Of a stretch of 32,000 nucleotides of DNA, positions 25,127 through 32,000 are shown in pieces; position 1 is the stretch's first letter, and every line of letters starts with the position of its first letter. Where the stretch lies: assembly GCF_029232205.1 (NCBI RefSeq), contig NZ_CP107255.1, positions 420,001 through 452,000 on the forward strand. Reading direction: 5' to 3'. Both the position numbers and the translations under genes were made by a program. This stretch comes from Candidatus Saccharimonadota bacterium (lineage in GTDB: Archaea; Nanohalarchaeota; Nanosalinia; Nanosalinales; Nanosalinaceae). Under the pieces are notes generated by a model. That model was not told the DNA's origin. It saw nothing but the letters and a program-made list of their open reading frames with translations, and did not search any database.

Positions 25127-26211
25127 AGGGTTTGATCTATTTTGTCGATAAATCTTTCCATTATGTTGATGTAGGGGCTGAGGGAGGGCTTGTATAGTTT
25201 TTCGTTTTCTGCATGAAGGTTGTAGCCTGTGGGCCCGAAAACAACGGCAGGAACTCCTTTATCGCTGAAGTATCTCATATCACTGGCCTCAGGGCTTTTT
25301 TCAGTCCTGCATTCGCCCTCAACCTCCTTGCACGCCTTTTTAAGAGCCTTCACGTAGTTGTTGCTAATAGGTGCCTGCATTTTTGGGGCTTTGTCAAGTA
25401 CAGAGTACTCTATGTCGTTTCCTGCCAGGATATCTTTTATCTTTTTCAGGTCTTTCTCTTGTGTAAATCTTACGTCTATATGTGCGTCTGTCTCTGGTGT
25501 TACAGTGTTTTTGGCCTTACCTCCTTTTATTGTTGTTAATGCTGCCGTAGTTGTCCATTTGTCTTTGCTTGATTCTGGAAGCTCTTCTGTTATCTCCTTG
25601 AATGCGTCTAGAAGTTTCACTGCGGAGTTTTGACCGTTCCATGGTTGGGAGGCGTGAGAGCCTTTACCTTTCGAGGTTACATCTATCTTGAAGACTCCTT
25701 TCTGCTCCGTTGTTATTTCAGGTACTTCTGTATTACGTGGTTCTGCGCTGAGTCCAAAAGATGGCCGGTATCCTTCCTCTTCGAGCAAGTACTTTATACC
25801 TTTGAAACCGCCGATTTCCTCGTCAGATACTATCATAAGGCCTACACTCGGCTGGTTTTCGCGTTGACCTAGTTTCTTCATCAGTATCATCAATGCTGCA
25901 ACCCCGCTTTTCATATCTGCTGATCCTCGGCCATAAAGCCAGTCTCCGCTTTCTTCAGGTTCAAAAAGTCTGTCTTCGGCCTCCACAACGTCTATATGGC
26001 CGTGTAACATAATATCTGGGCTATGTGTTTCCTCAAAGAGAACTACTAGCGATGGTTTGCCGTCTTTCTCGTATCTACGTGTGATAAACTCTGAACCTGA
26101 AAAATAGTTCTGTATAAACTCTATCGTCCTATCAAGTTCTTCAGGGTTGCTCTTAACCGATCTATACTTGATCAATTCTTTGGTCAACTCTACAGGATCT
26201 CTTTCAACCAT
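25123..26211 (-). CDS. M20-family metallopeptidase (ArgE/DapE/acetylornithine-deacetylase-like)
   Basis: Metal-ligand motifs MLHGHIDVV, GRGSADMKSG and VSDEEIGG are present. Substrate is not assignable. Confidence 0.85.
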   Translation of the reverse strand: MVERDPVELTKELIKYRSVKSNPEELDRTIEFIQNYFSGSEFITRRYEKDGKPSLVVLFEETHSPDIMLHGHIDVVEAEDRLFEPEESGDWLYGRGSADMKSGVAALMILMKKLGQRENQPSVGLMIVSDEEIGGFKGIKYLLEEEGYRPSFGLSAEPRNTEVPEITTEQKGVFKIDVTSKGKGSHASQPWNGQNSAVKLLDAFKEITEELPESSKDKWTTTAALTTIKGGKAKNTVTPETDAHIDVRFTQEKDLKKIKDILAGNDIEYSVLDKAPKMQAPISNNYVKALKKACKEVEGECRTEKSPEASDMRYFSDKGVPAVVFGPTGYNLHAENEKLYKPSLSPYINIMERFIDKIDQTL

Positions 26212-26259
26212 GTATCTGTATTGGAACTCCCCTATGAAGTAATTTACTGAAAATATTCT

Positions 26260-27510
26260 CTACCATTTCCGTTCTGCGCCAAGAATCATTGAGATGATTA
26301 CTCTGAGCCAGAGGTATCCGTTGATGAATACGAAGAAGGCCAGGTATGCGATTACCGGTATGAGGCCGTGTTTCATCAGATTCTCCTTGGTGTGCTGGGA
26401 TGCCATGTAGGCCATGGTGATTGATGTTCCGAACAGCGCTGCGATGAAGAAGAATGTGGTGTATCTTATGCTGATAATGTTCCAGTAGATGTCGTTGATC
26501 AGTGAGGAGACTGTGAATGGTTCGAACTGGAACACGTAGAATCCTATCTGTGCGAACTCTAGGAAGAACTCTACCAGAGGCCTTCCGAACATGTATGCCG
26601 TGATGAAGAGCACTACAAGTGATAGGAATGTCTGGGCTAGTTTGGCAGGTACTGCGAACATTCCGAGGTCACCGTATTCGCGGTTGAAAATCATGTACTT
26701 GTACTGTAGGGCGGTCTCAAGTGATCCGCGGTACCATCGGTATCTCTGGGCCTTGAATCCTTCCCAGGTGGAGGGTGCTACAGTGTATACTTCTGCGTGG
26801 CTGGCGTGGCCTATCTTGTAGTGCTTGTCCTGAAGCCTGAAGCAGATTTCCTGATCTTCTACCAGCGAGTCTTCGTCGAACATGCCTACCTCGATAATTT
26901 TCTCCCGGTCGTAGACTGAGAGAGGGCCTGGTGTGACGTGGATGGCGTTCATGATTCCCATGATGTTTCTTGTGAATATGCCGACGATGTATTCGACCCA
27001 CTGGAGTTTCTGCAGCAGATTCTCTGGCTCGTACACTTTCATCGCGGAGGCCACTCCTGCATACTTGTCGCCTTTCTCCGCGACCATGTGCTTCAGCGAG
27101 TCCTCCTGCAGAATTGAGTCTGCGTCGACACAGGCCACTACTTCTGCATCCGAGGCCTCTACTCCTGCGTTCAGTGCAGATCCTTTTCCGCCGTTCTCCT
27201 TGTCTATTATTGTTACATTTTCGTTGTCCTCGAACTTCTTCGCTTCTTCAAGTGTTGAGTCAGTGCTGCCGTCGTTGACAACTATGATGTCGTACTTGTC
27301 CCGTGGATAGTTTATGTCGAGTGCGGAGTCGATAGTCATTGCAATCGTCTCTTCCTCGTTGAACGCAGGAATGATCAGTGAAAGAGTTGGCAGATCTTCA
27401 AGATCTTTTACTCCTGGCTTGATGCTGCCCTCGTCGAACAGAGTTATCAGTAGGAAGAAGGTGATGAAAAGTACTATTCCATACAGCATCCACATGACAG
27501 GGTCAAGCAT
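26260..27510 (-). CDS. Membrane-integrated processive family-2 glycosyltransferase
   Basis: It has an N-terminal TM helix, LIIPAFNEE, VNDGSTD, DADS and the processive-synthase motif QRYRWYRGS, followed by several C-terminal TM helices. Confidence 0.85.
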   Translation of the reverse strand: MLDPVMWMLYGIVLFITFFLLITLFDEGSIKPGVKDLEDLPTLSLIIPAFNEEETIAMTIDSALDINYPRDKYDIIVVNDGSTDSTLEEAKKFEDNENVTIIDKENGGKGSALNAGVEASDAEVVACVDADSILQEDSLKHMVAEKGDKYAGVASAMKVYEPENLLQKLQWVEYIVGIFTRNIMGIMNAIHVTPGPLSVYDREKIIEVGMFDEDSLVEDQEICFRLQDKHYKIGHASHAEVYTVAPSTWEGFKAQRYRWYRGSLETALQYKYMIFNREYGDLGMFAVPAKLAQTFLSLVVLFITAYMFGRPLVEFFLEFAQIGFYVFQFEPFTVSSLINDIYWNIISIRYTTFFFIAALFGTSITMAYMASQHTKENLMKHGLIPVIAYLAFFVFINGYLWLRVIISMILGAERKW

Positions 27511-27584
27511 CTAATTGATTCAAGTGGCGACGACTGTTTTAAGACCAACCCTCGCCACACTACAGGCCCTCAAGTAGGGGTGTG

Positions 27585-27591
27585 TTTATAA
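27585..27591 (+). promoter_or_regulatory. TATA box of the 5S rRNA gene
   Basis: TTTATAA is centred about 26 nt upstream of the inferred 5S 5' end. Confidence 0.5.
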
Positions 27592-27613
27592 GAGTTGTAG
27601 AATGTATTTTGAG

Positions 27614-27733
27614 ATACTGGCGGCCATAGCGAGAGGGTAACACCCGTACCCATTCCGAACACGGAAGTAAAGTCTCTCCGCGATCCAAGCCGTACTGCCT
27701 TTTAAGGCGGAAGCCTTGGGACGCTGCCAGACT
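27614..27733 (+). rRNA. 5S ribosomal RNA (archaeal type), stand-alone
   Basis: CTGGCGGCCATAGCG...CCCGTACCCATTCCGAACACGGAAGTAAAG...GCTGCCAGACT. The universally conserved loop A-C block is present. Helix I pairs CTGGCGGC (27617-27624) with GCTGCCAG (27723-27730). Ends are approximate to within 3 nt. Confidence 0.9.
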
Positions 27734-27734
27734 G

Positions 27735-27739
27735 TTTTT
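27735..27739 (+). terminator. Oligo-T terminator after the 5S rRNA
   Basis: A T5 run starts 2 nt after the inferred 3' end. Confidence 0.45.
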
Positions 27740-27745
27740 ACTACT

Positions 27746-28693
27746 TTATTCTATATCCGTTCTCGGTATTACTGTTGTAAACTTGGCTCCACCAAGTTCC
27801 TCGGACTCTCCAATATCTACAGTTATATCGTATATATCAGCTATTCTTGAGAAAAGAAAGAGGCCTATTCCGGAGTTTCCTGTATCGCCGTTAGTTACGC
27901 CCTTCTGTATTATCTCATCTCTTAATTTTTCAGGAATTCCTTTGCCGTCATCCGCGACTTCGACCTTTGCAACCCTCTCATTGCCGGAGATGTTGATGTC
28001 AATTGTTTCTCCACCAGAGTGATTGATCGCGTTCTCAATAAGCTGTGCATACATGTCGTCGAGAAGAGGCCCAGCGTTCACAAGATAGTTCTCATCTGCG
28101 TCTACATCAATCTCAATATCGTTGTCGCTTGCAACAGCCTCGTAATCTTCTACTGCGGAGTCCACAGAATTATTCAGGTCTGTAGGATATGTTTCGCCAT
28201 TCTTCAGATTATTTACCACTCTTGAAGTATCTAGCAAATCCTCTATAGATCTCATCTTGTCGCCGATAACTTCCCAGTATCTATCGTTGCTCTCGTTATA
28301 GTCATCCTCCTCAAGCAGTTCAATATATCCCATTGCAACGTTCAGATCGTTTCCAGCATCATGCCTGAGCAACTGGAGGAACAGGTTGGCATCCTCATCA
28401 GGACAGCTATTCAGATAGTGATCAATTCTCTCTGCATCTACATCAGGCCTCCCACTCAAAATATCTGTATAATTAGTGCCGAAGCTGTCGAAGGCCATGT
28501 AGGGAATTCCTTCTTCCTCCGCGTCGTCGTAGAGAGCTCCGATCTCAGGTCCTACAATTCCGTCGTAGTCTATTCTTGAGAAAAGCTCTTTGGCCTCATC
28601 TCTAGTTGCTCTATCATATTCTATTCCTTGTTCCTGAAGAGATATCTCCAGTTCGCTGTACTCCTCAGGTTCTACAAAAAGTACTCTGGCCAT
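27746..28693 (-). CDS. Soluble sensor histidine kinase
   Basis: The H-box region is LQLLRHDAGNDLNVAMGYIELL. HATPase_c motifs are LIENAINHS (N), VADDGKGIP (G1) and GNSGIGLFL (G2). No TM segment is present, and the N-terminal about 95 aa are of unclear nature. Confidence 0.8.
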   Translation of the reverse strand: MARVLFVEPEEYSELEISLQEQGIEYDRATRDEAKELFSRIDYDGIVGPEIGALYDDAEEEGIPYMAFDSFGTNYTDILSGRPDVDAERIDHYLNSCPDEDANLFLQLLRHDAGNDLNVAMGYIELLEEDDYNESNDRYWEVIGDKMRSIEDLLDTSRVVNNLKNGETYPTDLNNSVDSAVEDYEAVASDNDIEIDVDADENYLVNAGPLLDDMYAQLIENAINHSGGETIDINISGNERVAKVEVADDGKGIPEKLRDEIIQKGVTNGDTGNSGIGLFLFSRIADIYDITVDIGESEELGGAKFTTVIPRTDIE

Positions 28694-28714
28694 ACCATTA
28701 TACTGAACAACAAC

Positions 28715-28724
28715 TTTAAAAATA
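28715..28724 (-). promoter_or_regulatory. TATA-like box for an apparently leaderless histidine-kinase transcript
   Basis: The minus strand reads TATTTTTAAA, centred about 26-27 nt upstream of the ATG at 28693. Confidence 0.35.
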
Positions 28725-28757
28725 GTAGCAATATTTTGTGACCTTTCGGTGAATGAG

Positions 28758-29633
28758 TTATTCGGGTGCTGGAAATGTGAATACTTCCAGGCCTTCTACT
28801 CCTTCTACAGTCACTGCAATATCGGAGTCTCCTCTTACATAATCTCTTATCGTGTTGATATTCAGAATCTCTCCTCTTCTCTGAGGATTCCAGTCATGGC
28901 CTTCCTTAACCATGTAACTTCCCATTGTGTGGCCGATCACCTGCGGAACCTCTGACTCCATCTCGTAGAAACGGTTCCAAACAATACCGCCTGTAGCAGT
29001 AAAACCTCTATCATCACGAACTACGTCAAAAAGATCAGGATACCTCGACTTCAACTCGTTACCTTTCTCAGTTTCAACTACCTCAACAAGATATCTCTGA
29101 GCATCGACAAAGGCCTGTTCATCGCCGTTCATCAACTTTTCATGTGCTTCAAGCAGCTTCCGACCGACCTCACGCAGCTGCCTGTTCAGATCTTCTACAT
29201 CAGACCTCTCCTCACTACCTGAATGACTGTATACATACTCGGGGCCTTCGAATGCAGCAGTTATCTCTCCTTCCGCAACTTTCTCCAGCAACCTGTGTCG
29301 CATCTTCTCAGGCATATCTCTCCAGTAAAGGCCTTCCTCGTCATGCGCCTCAAAGTAGCTCTCGCTCATGAACTCGTTAACCACATCTGGGAACATGGCG
29401 AAAAACTCGTGATTGCCAATATTGTATACGTCAGCATTCTCAAAAGCCCATTCAAGGCTCTCCCTGTTTTGAGGCCCTCTATCAAACATATCTCCATTTA
29501 GAATAAGTTTATCGTCGGAAATCCACTGTTTTCCATCCAGTAAATCTGTTTCAATTTCTTCCTCAAGGCTTTCAAGAGCATGAATGGCCTGATCCAGGTA
29601 TCCGTGGATGTCGGTAATGCAGACAAATCTCAC
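28758..29633 (-). CDS. PPP-family metallophosphoesterase (Ser/Thr phosphatase / ApaH-like)
   Basis: Motifs CITDIHG, NGDMFDRG and IGNHEFF appear in order. The start is GTG. Confidence 0.8.
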   Translation of the reverse strand: MRFVCITDIHGYLDQAIHALESLEEEIETDLLDGKQWISDDKLILNGDMFDRGPQNRESLEWAFENADVYNIGNHEFFAMFPDVVNEFMSESYFEAHDEEGLYWRDMPEKMRHRLLEKVAEGEITAAFEGPEYVYSHSGSEERSDVEDLNRQLREVGRKLLEAHEKLMNGDEQAFVDAQRYLVEVVETEKGNELKSRYPDLFDVVRDDRGFTATGGIVWNRFYEMESEVPQVIGHTMGSYMVKEGHDWNPQRRGEILNINTIRDYVRGDSDIAVTVEGVEGLEVFTFPAPE

Positions 29634-29724
29634 ATCCAGATAATTGTGTCTTAACGGTTAAATTTCTGGCCTCTTCGGCGCCATCCATTTAAGTCTTGAA
29701 CAATTGTTACTATAAGGTGGAAAA

Positions 29725-31839
29725 ATGTCAGTAGAAGGCAAACAGGGTGGCGAAAGAAAGCTGCCGGAAGGTAACGTCTTCGGTACTAAAGAAGACGATG
29801 AATTTACTGTAAACGTTGAAGGAGAAGAAGCAGGTACTTTCAAACGATTTGAATACTATTCAATGCCCTTCTCACTGACAGGCCAAGAAGAAGTCTTCGA
29901 AGAAGTAATGCACCGCGCAGAGGAAAACGACAGCAGCTTCGCAGAAGAACTTGAACAACACGAAGAGGCCCAGCAAGTAGTACAAGATTTCTACGACAGA
30001 ATGGAGGAGAACCCAGGCCTCAGCAAGGAAATGATGGACTCTCTGCTTGCAGATGTCTACGTGGACGATAACGTAATAGCAGAAATGGAGGCAGAGGACT
30101 CGCTTGAGGATAAAATGGGCAAGTTCACAGCAGGCTGGAAACACCTCTCAGATTTCTACGGAATCGAAGGCCTTGTAGGTGGCGACGCTGAAGAAATCAA
30201 TCCTTTCCTGAACGGAGACGACGCATCAATGGTTGCAGGAGGCCTTGACAGCCTTGAAACAGTGCTTCCAGCTCTGAGAGAAAACATGGGTGAGGAAGAG
30301 TGGACGAAGTCTGCTTTAAGGCTCTCTTCGATTGTGGAAAGAGAGCATGGGCAGATTGATGAGGCTGTGGATATGCTGGAAGAGATACATGGCGTCGGAG
30401 ACTACGATCAGGAATTTCTAGATAATTCCGCTCAGGTTCTCGAAGATCTTGCTAACTCAAGATTCGAAACCAATTCCGAGCACGGCAAGTTCTACAACAC
30501 ATTCATCAGATTCCATAACTGGATGCCATTGAAACTGAAGGAAGATGGCAGAGAAGGAGACCAGTACGACAGTCTCTGTGCGCCTACAGGAGATGGAATG
30601 GATAAAATTAAGGATAGATCTGTTCACGCAGATCTCGATGAGATAGGAGACGCCGACAGCCCGAAAGGCCTTGCACTTTCCTGGCTTCTTGACGAGGGAA
30701 TAGAGGTCGACGGAGAAACACTCGGCGACAGAGAAGAATTCCAGGACTCAGTTGATGAATGGGAACAGAGAATTAACGAAGAATTAAGCGAAGGCCGCGA
30801 AGAATACGCAGAATTCACAATGGACGACCCGGCGATGTACTCCGGACTGGTAGGAGGAAAATGGAAAGGCCTCAAACTGCTTGACGACGCAAAAGAGGCT
30901 CTTGACCTCGGCTATGATATAGCTGATGGAAAAGTGGTTTCCTCGGTTGGCGTTGAACAGATGCTGGAAGAAGCCGGCGTACAGGAATTAATTGAACAGG
31001 ACGTCTTTGAAATGGGAGAAGACAGAAGACAGGAGATCGTCGACAGAATCGATGATGTAGATGTCAGCGAGTACGTAGATGACGTAGAAGGCGGCACTAT
31101 TGCCCGTTCCAGTATGTACGGAGAGGATGGAGCCTCGAACTTCGCTGGAACATACGAATCGTTCCATGCAGATGGCTCTCCGGGCCAGGCAGTTAAAGAC
31201 GTAGTTAAAAGCTACTTCTCCGAGAAAGCAGTCAACGCTAGAGAAGACAAAGGCATGACGCACAACGGAGGCATCAGCGTAATCCTTCAGGACGCGATAG
31301 AACACGAAAGAGGAGGTGTAGTGCATCTTACTGATGAAAGCTATTCGATCAGCGAGGCCGAAGACGCCGAGAAAGCTGTAGAAGGAGAAGGCGAGACACA
31401 TACAGCAGAAACAGTGGAAGGCCTGGTAGAGGGCACTGCTATGGAAGGAATGGCACATGATCTTGAAGAACTCCATGAAACCTTCGGCGACATCGATCTA
31501 GAGTACGTAGCAGAAGGCGACGAAGTATACCTTACACAGATGAGGCCTAAACATAGAGCAGTGGATGGTGAAAGGCCTGACTTTGACTCAATGAGTACAG
31601 TACAGCTGGACTCTTTCGAGGATATGTACGAGGCCGAGCTTGATGGAGAAGCACCTTACGTGGTCAGAATGGACTTCCTCGGCCGCGACAATATTATGGA
31701 TAGGGAAAGAGAGATAGAAGAGTTCCTGCGTGAGAATCAGGATAAGATCGGTGGAGTAGAAGGCCACATGCCGGCACCGGCCCACATTCCGAACAATATC
31801 GAAGGCCACTTCAGAATACCTTACAGAGAGGCCTCATAG
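29725..31839 (+). CDS. Large hyper-acidic hypothetical protein
   Basis: 704-aa uninterrupted ORF. An AAGGTGG SD lies 5 nt upstream of the ATG. No motif recognised. Confidence 0.7.
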   Translation: MSVEGKQGGERKLPEGNVFGTKEDDEFTVNVEGEEAGTFKRFEYYSMPFSLTGQEEVFEEVMHRAEENDSSFAEELEQHEEAQQVVQDFYDRMEENPGLSKEMMDSLLADVYVDDNVIAEMEAEDSLEDKMGKFTAGWKHLSDFYGIEGLVGGDAEEINPFLNGDDASMVAGGLDSLETVLPALRENMGEEEWTKSALRLSSIVEREHGQIDEAVDMLEEIHGVGDYDQEFLDNSAQVLEDLANSRFETNSEHGKFYNTFIRFHNWMPLKLKEDGREGDQYDSLCAPTGDGMDKIKDRSVHADLDEIGDADSPKGLALSWLLDEGIEVDGETLGDREEFQDSVDEWEQRINEELSEGREEYAEFTMDDPAMYSGLVGGKWKGLKLLDDAKEALDLGYDIADGKVVSSVGVEQMLEEAGVQELIEQDVFEMGEDRRQEIVDRIDDVDVSEYVDDVEGGTIARSSMYGEDGASNFAGTYESFHADGSPGQAVKDVVKSYFSEKAVNAREDKGMTHNGGISVILQDAIEHERGGVVHLTDESYSISEAEDAEKAVEGEGETHTAETVEGLVEGTAMEGMAHDLEELHETFGDIDLEYVAEGDEVYLTQMRPKHRAVDGERPDFDSMSTVQLDSFEDMYEAELDGEAPYVVRMDFLGRDNIMDREREIEEFLRENQDKIGGVEGHMPAPAHIPNNIEGHFRIPYREAS

Positions 31840-31848
31840 AAGGATAAT

Positions 31849-32000
31849 CTACCCTTCTGGTTTCTTTTTTACGAATTTCTCTGCGTCTTCTTCGGCGAAT
31901 TCTTTGTTTGAGTATCCGTACATCGGTGTGTCGATCTCTGAACCGAATTTTTCAGAATTAATCGTCCAGAATCCGTTGTCTTTCTTCTCCAGTGATACTT
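31849..32000 (-). CDS. 3' end of a gene running off the window (C-terminal about 49 codons)
   Basis: My own translation of the minus strand gives ...VSLEKKDNGFWTINSEKFGSEIDTPMYGYSNKEFAEEDAEKFVKKKPEG-stop, with the stop at 31849-31851. It is not in the ORF track and no function is assignable. Confidence 0.4.
   Translation of the reverse strand, partial: VSLEKKDNGFWTINSEKFGSEIDTPMYGYSNKEFAEEDAEKFVKKKPEG

Noticed and set aside
26591-27514. Several 66-125-aa ORFs in alternative frames and strands inside the GT2 gene
   Set aside because: The minus-strand 416-aa frame carries the full GT2 motif set (DGSTD, DADS, QRYRW). The others are overlapping-frame noise.
27524-27558. Inverted repeat GTGGCGA...TCGCCAC in the GT2/5S intergenic region
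   Set aside because: It has only a 7-bp stem with a 21-nt loop and no adjacent T-tract. No gene reads into it. It is not distinguishable from chance.
1-32000. CRISPR arrays, tRNA genes, integrases, transposases, terminal inverted repeats or att-like direct repeats flanking the island
   Set aside because: I found no regularly spaced repeats, no tRNA-like T-arm/acceptor patterns and no recombinase-like ORFs while reading both strands. Short flanking direct repeats cannot be excluded without a computational repeat search.

Overview
This window looks archaeal and probably halophilic. The evidence is a very acidic predicted proteome, roughly 40-45% GC by eye, GGAGGTG Shine-Dalgarno sites, TATA-like boxes about 26 nt upstream of apparently leaderless starts, and an archaeal-type 5S rRNA. 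A low-GC halophile such as a nanohaloarchaeon is a reasonable guess, but that is inference only. Layout: (1) 18-3193 holds an isoprenoid/carotenoid cluster (phytoene-synthase-like gene, polyprenyl synthase, two membrane proteins). (2) 3290-8738 holds a cold-shock-domain gene, a small basic ORF, an orphan Doc/Fic-like gene with Q in place of the catalytic His, an overlapping mre11-rad50 pair and a small kinase-like protein. (3) 8725-19799 is an 11-kb run of co-directional, mostly overlapping minus-strand genes forming a composite type I restriction-modification island. Its order is wHTH regulator, hsdM, coiled-coil ORF, hsdS, RusA-like protein, polybasic membrane protein, multi-TM/RusA-like fusion, wHTH-MNT nucleotidyltransferase, HEPN, hsdR, YgjP-like metallohydrolase and a small ORF. 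(4) 19884-22993 holds five ORFs I cannot assign. (5) 23049-29633 holds housekeeping-type genes (SPFH/band-7, GNAT, M20 peptidase, processive GT2, histidine kinase, PPP phosphoesterase) and a stand-alone 5S rRNA at about 27614-27733. (6) 29725-31839 is a 704-aa hyper-acidic orphan, followed by a partial minus-strand ORF at the window edge. The most interesting candidate is the three-gene cassette at 13877-15857: two paralogous RusA-like nuclease domains, one fused to about 5 TM helices, plus an arginine-rich membrane protein. It is inserted between hsdS and hsdR next to an MNT-HEPN pair, and I do not recognise it as any described defence system. Composition is visibly mosaic: GGCC density, GC content and silent-site strand bias all change in blocks, with one junction inside hsdS. 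I saw no CRISPR array, tRNA, integrase or transposase. All coordinates and motifs were read by hand from the sequence and the ORF track. No searches or computations were run.
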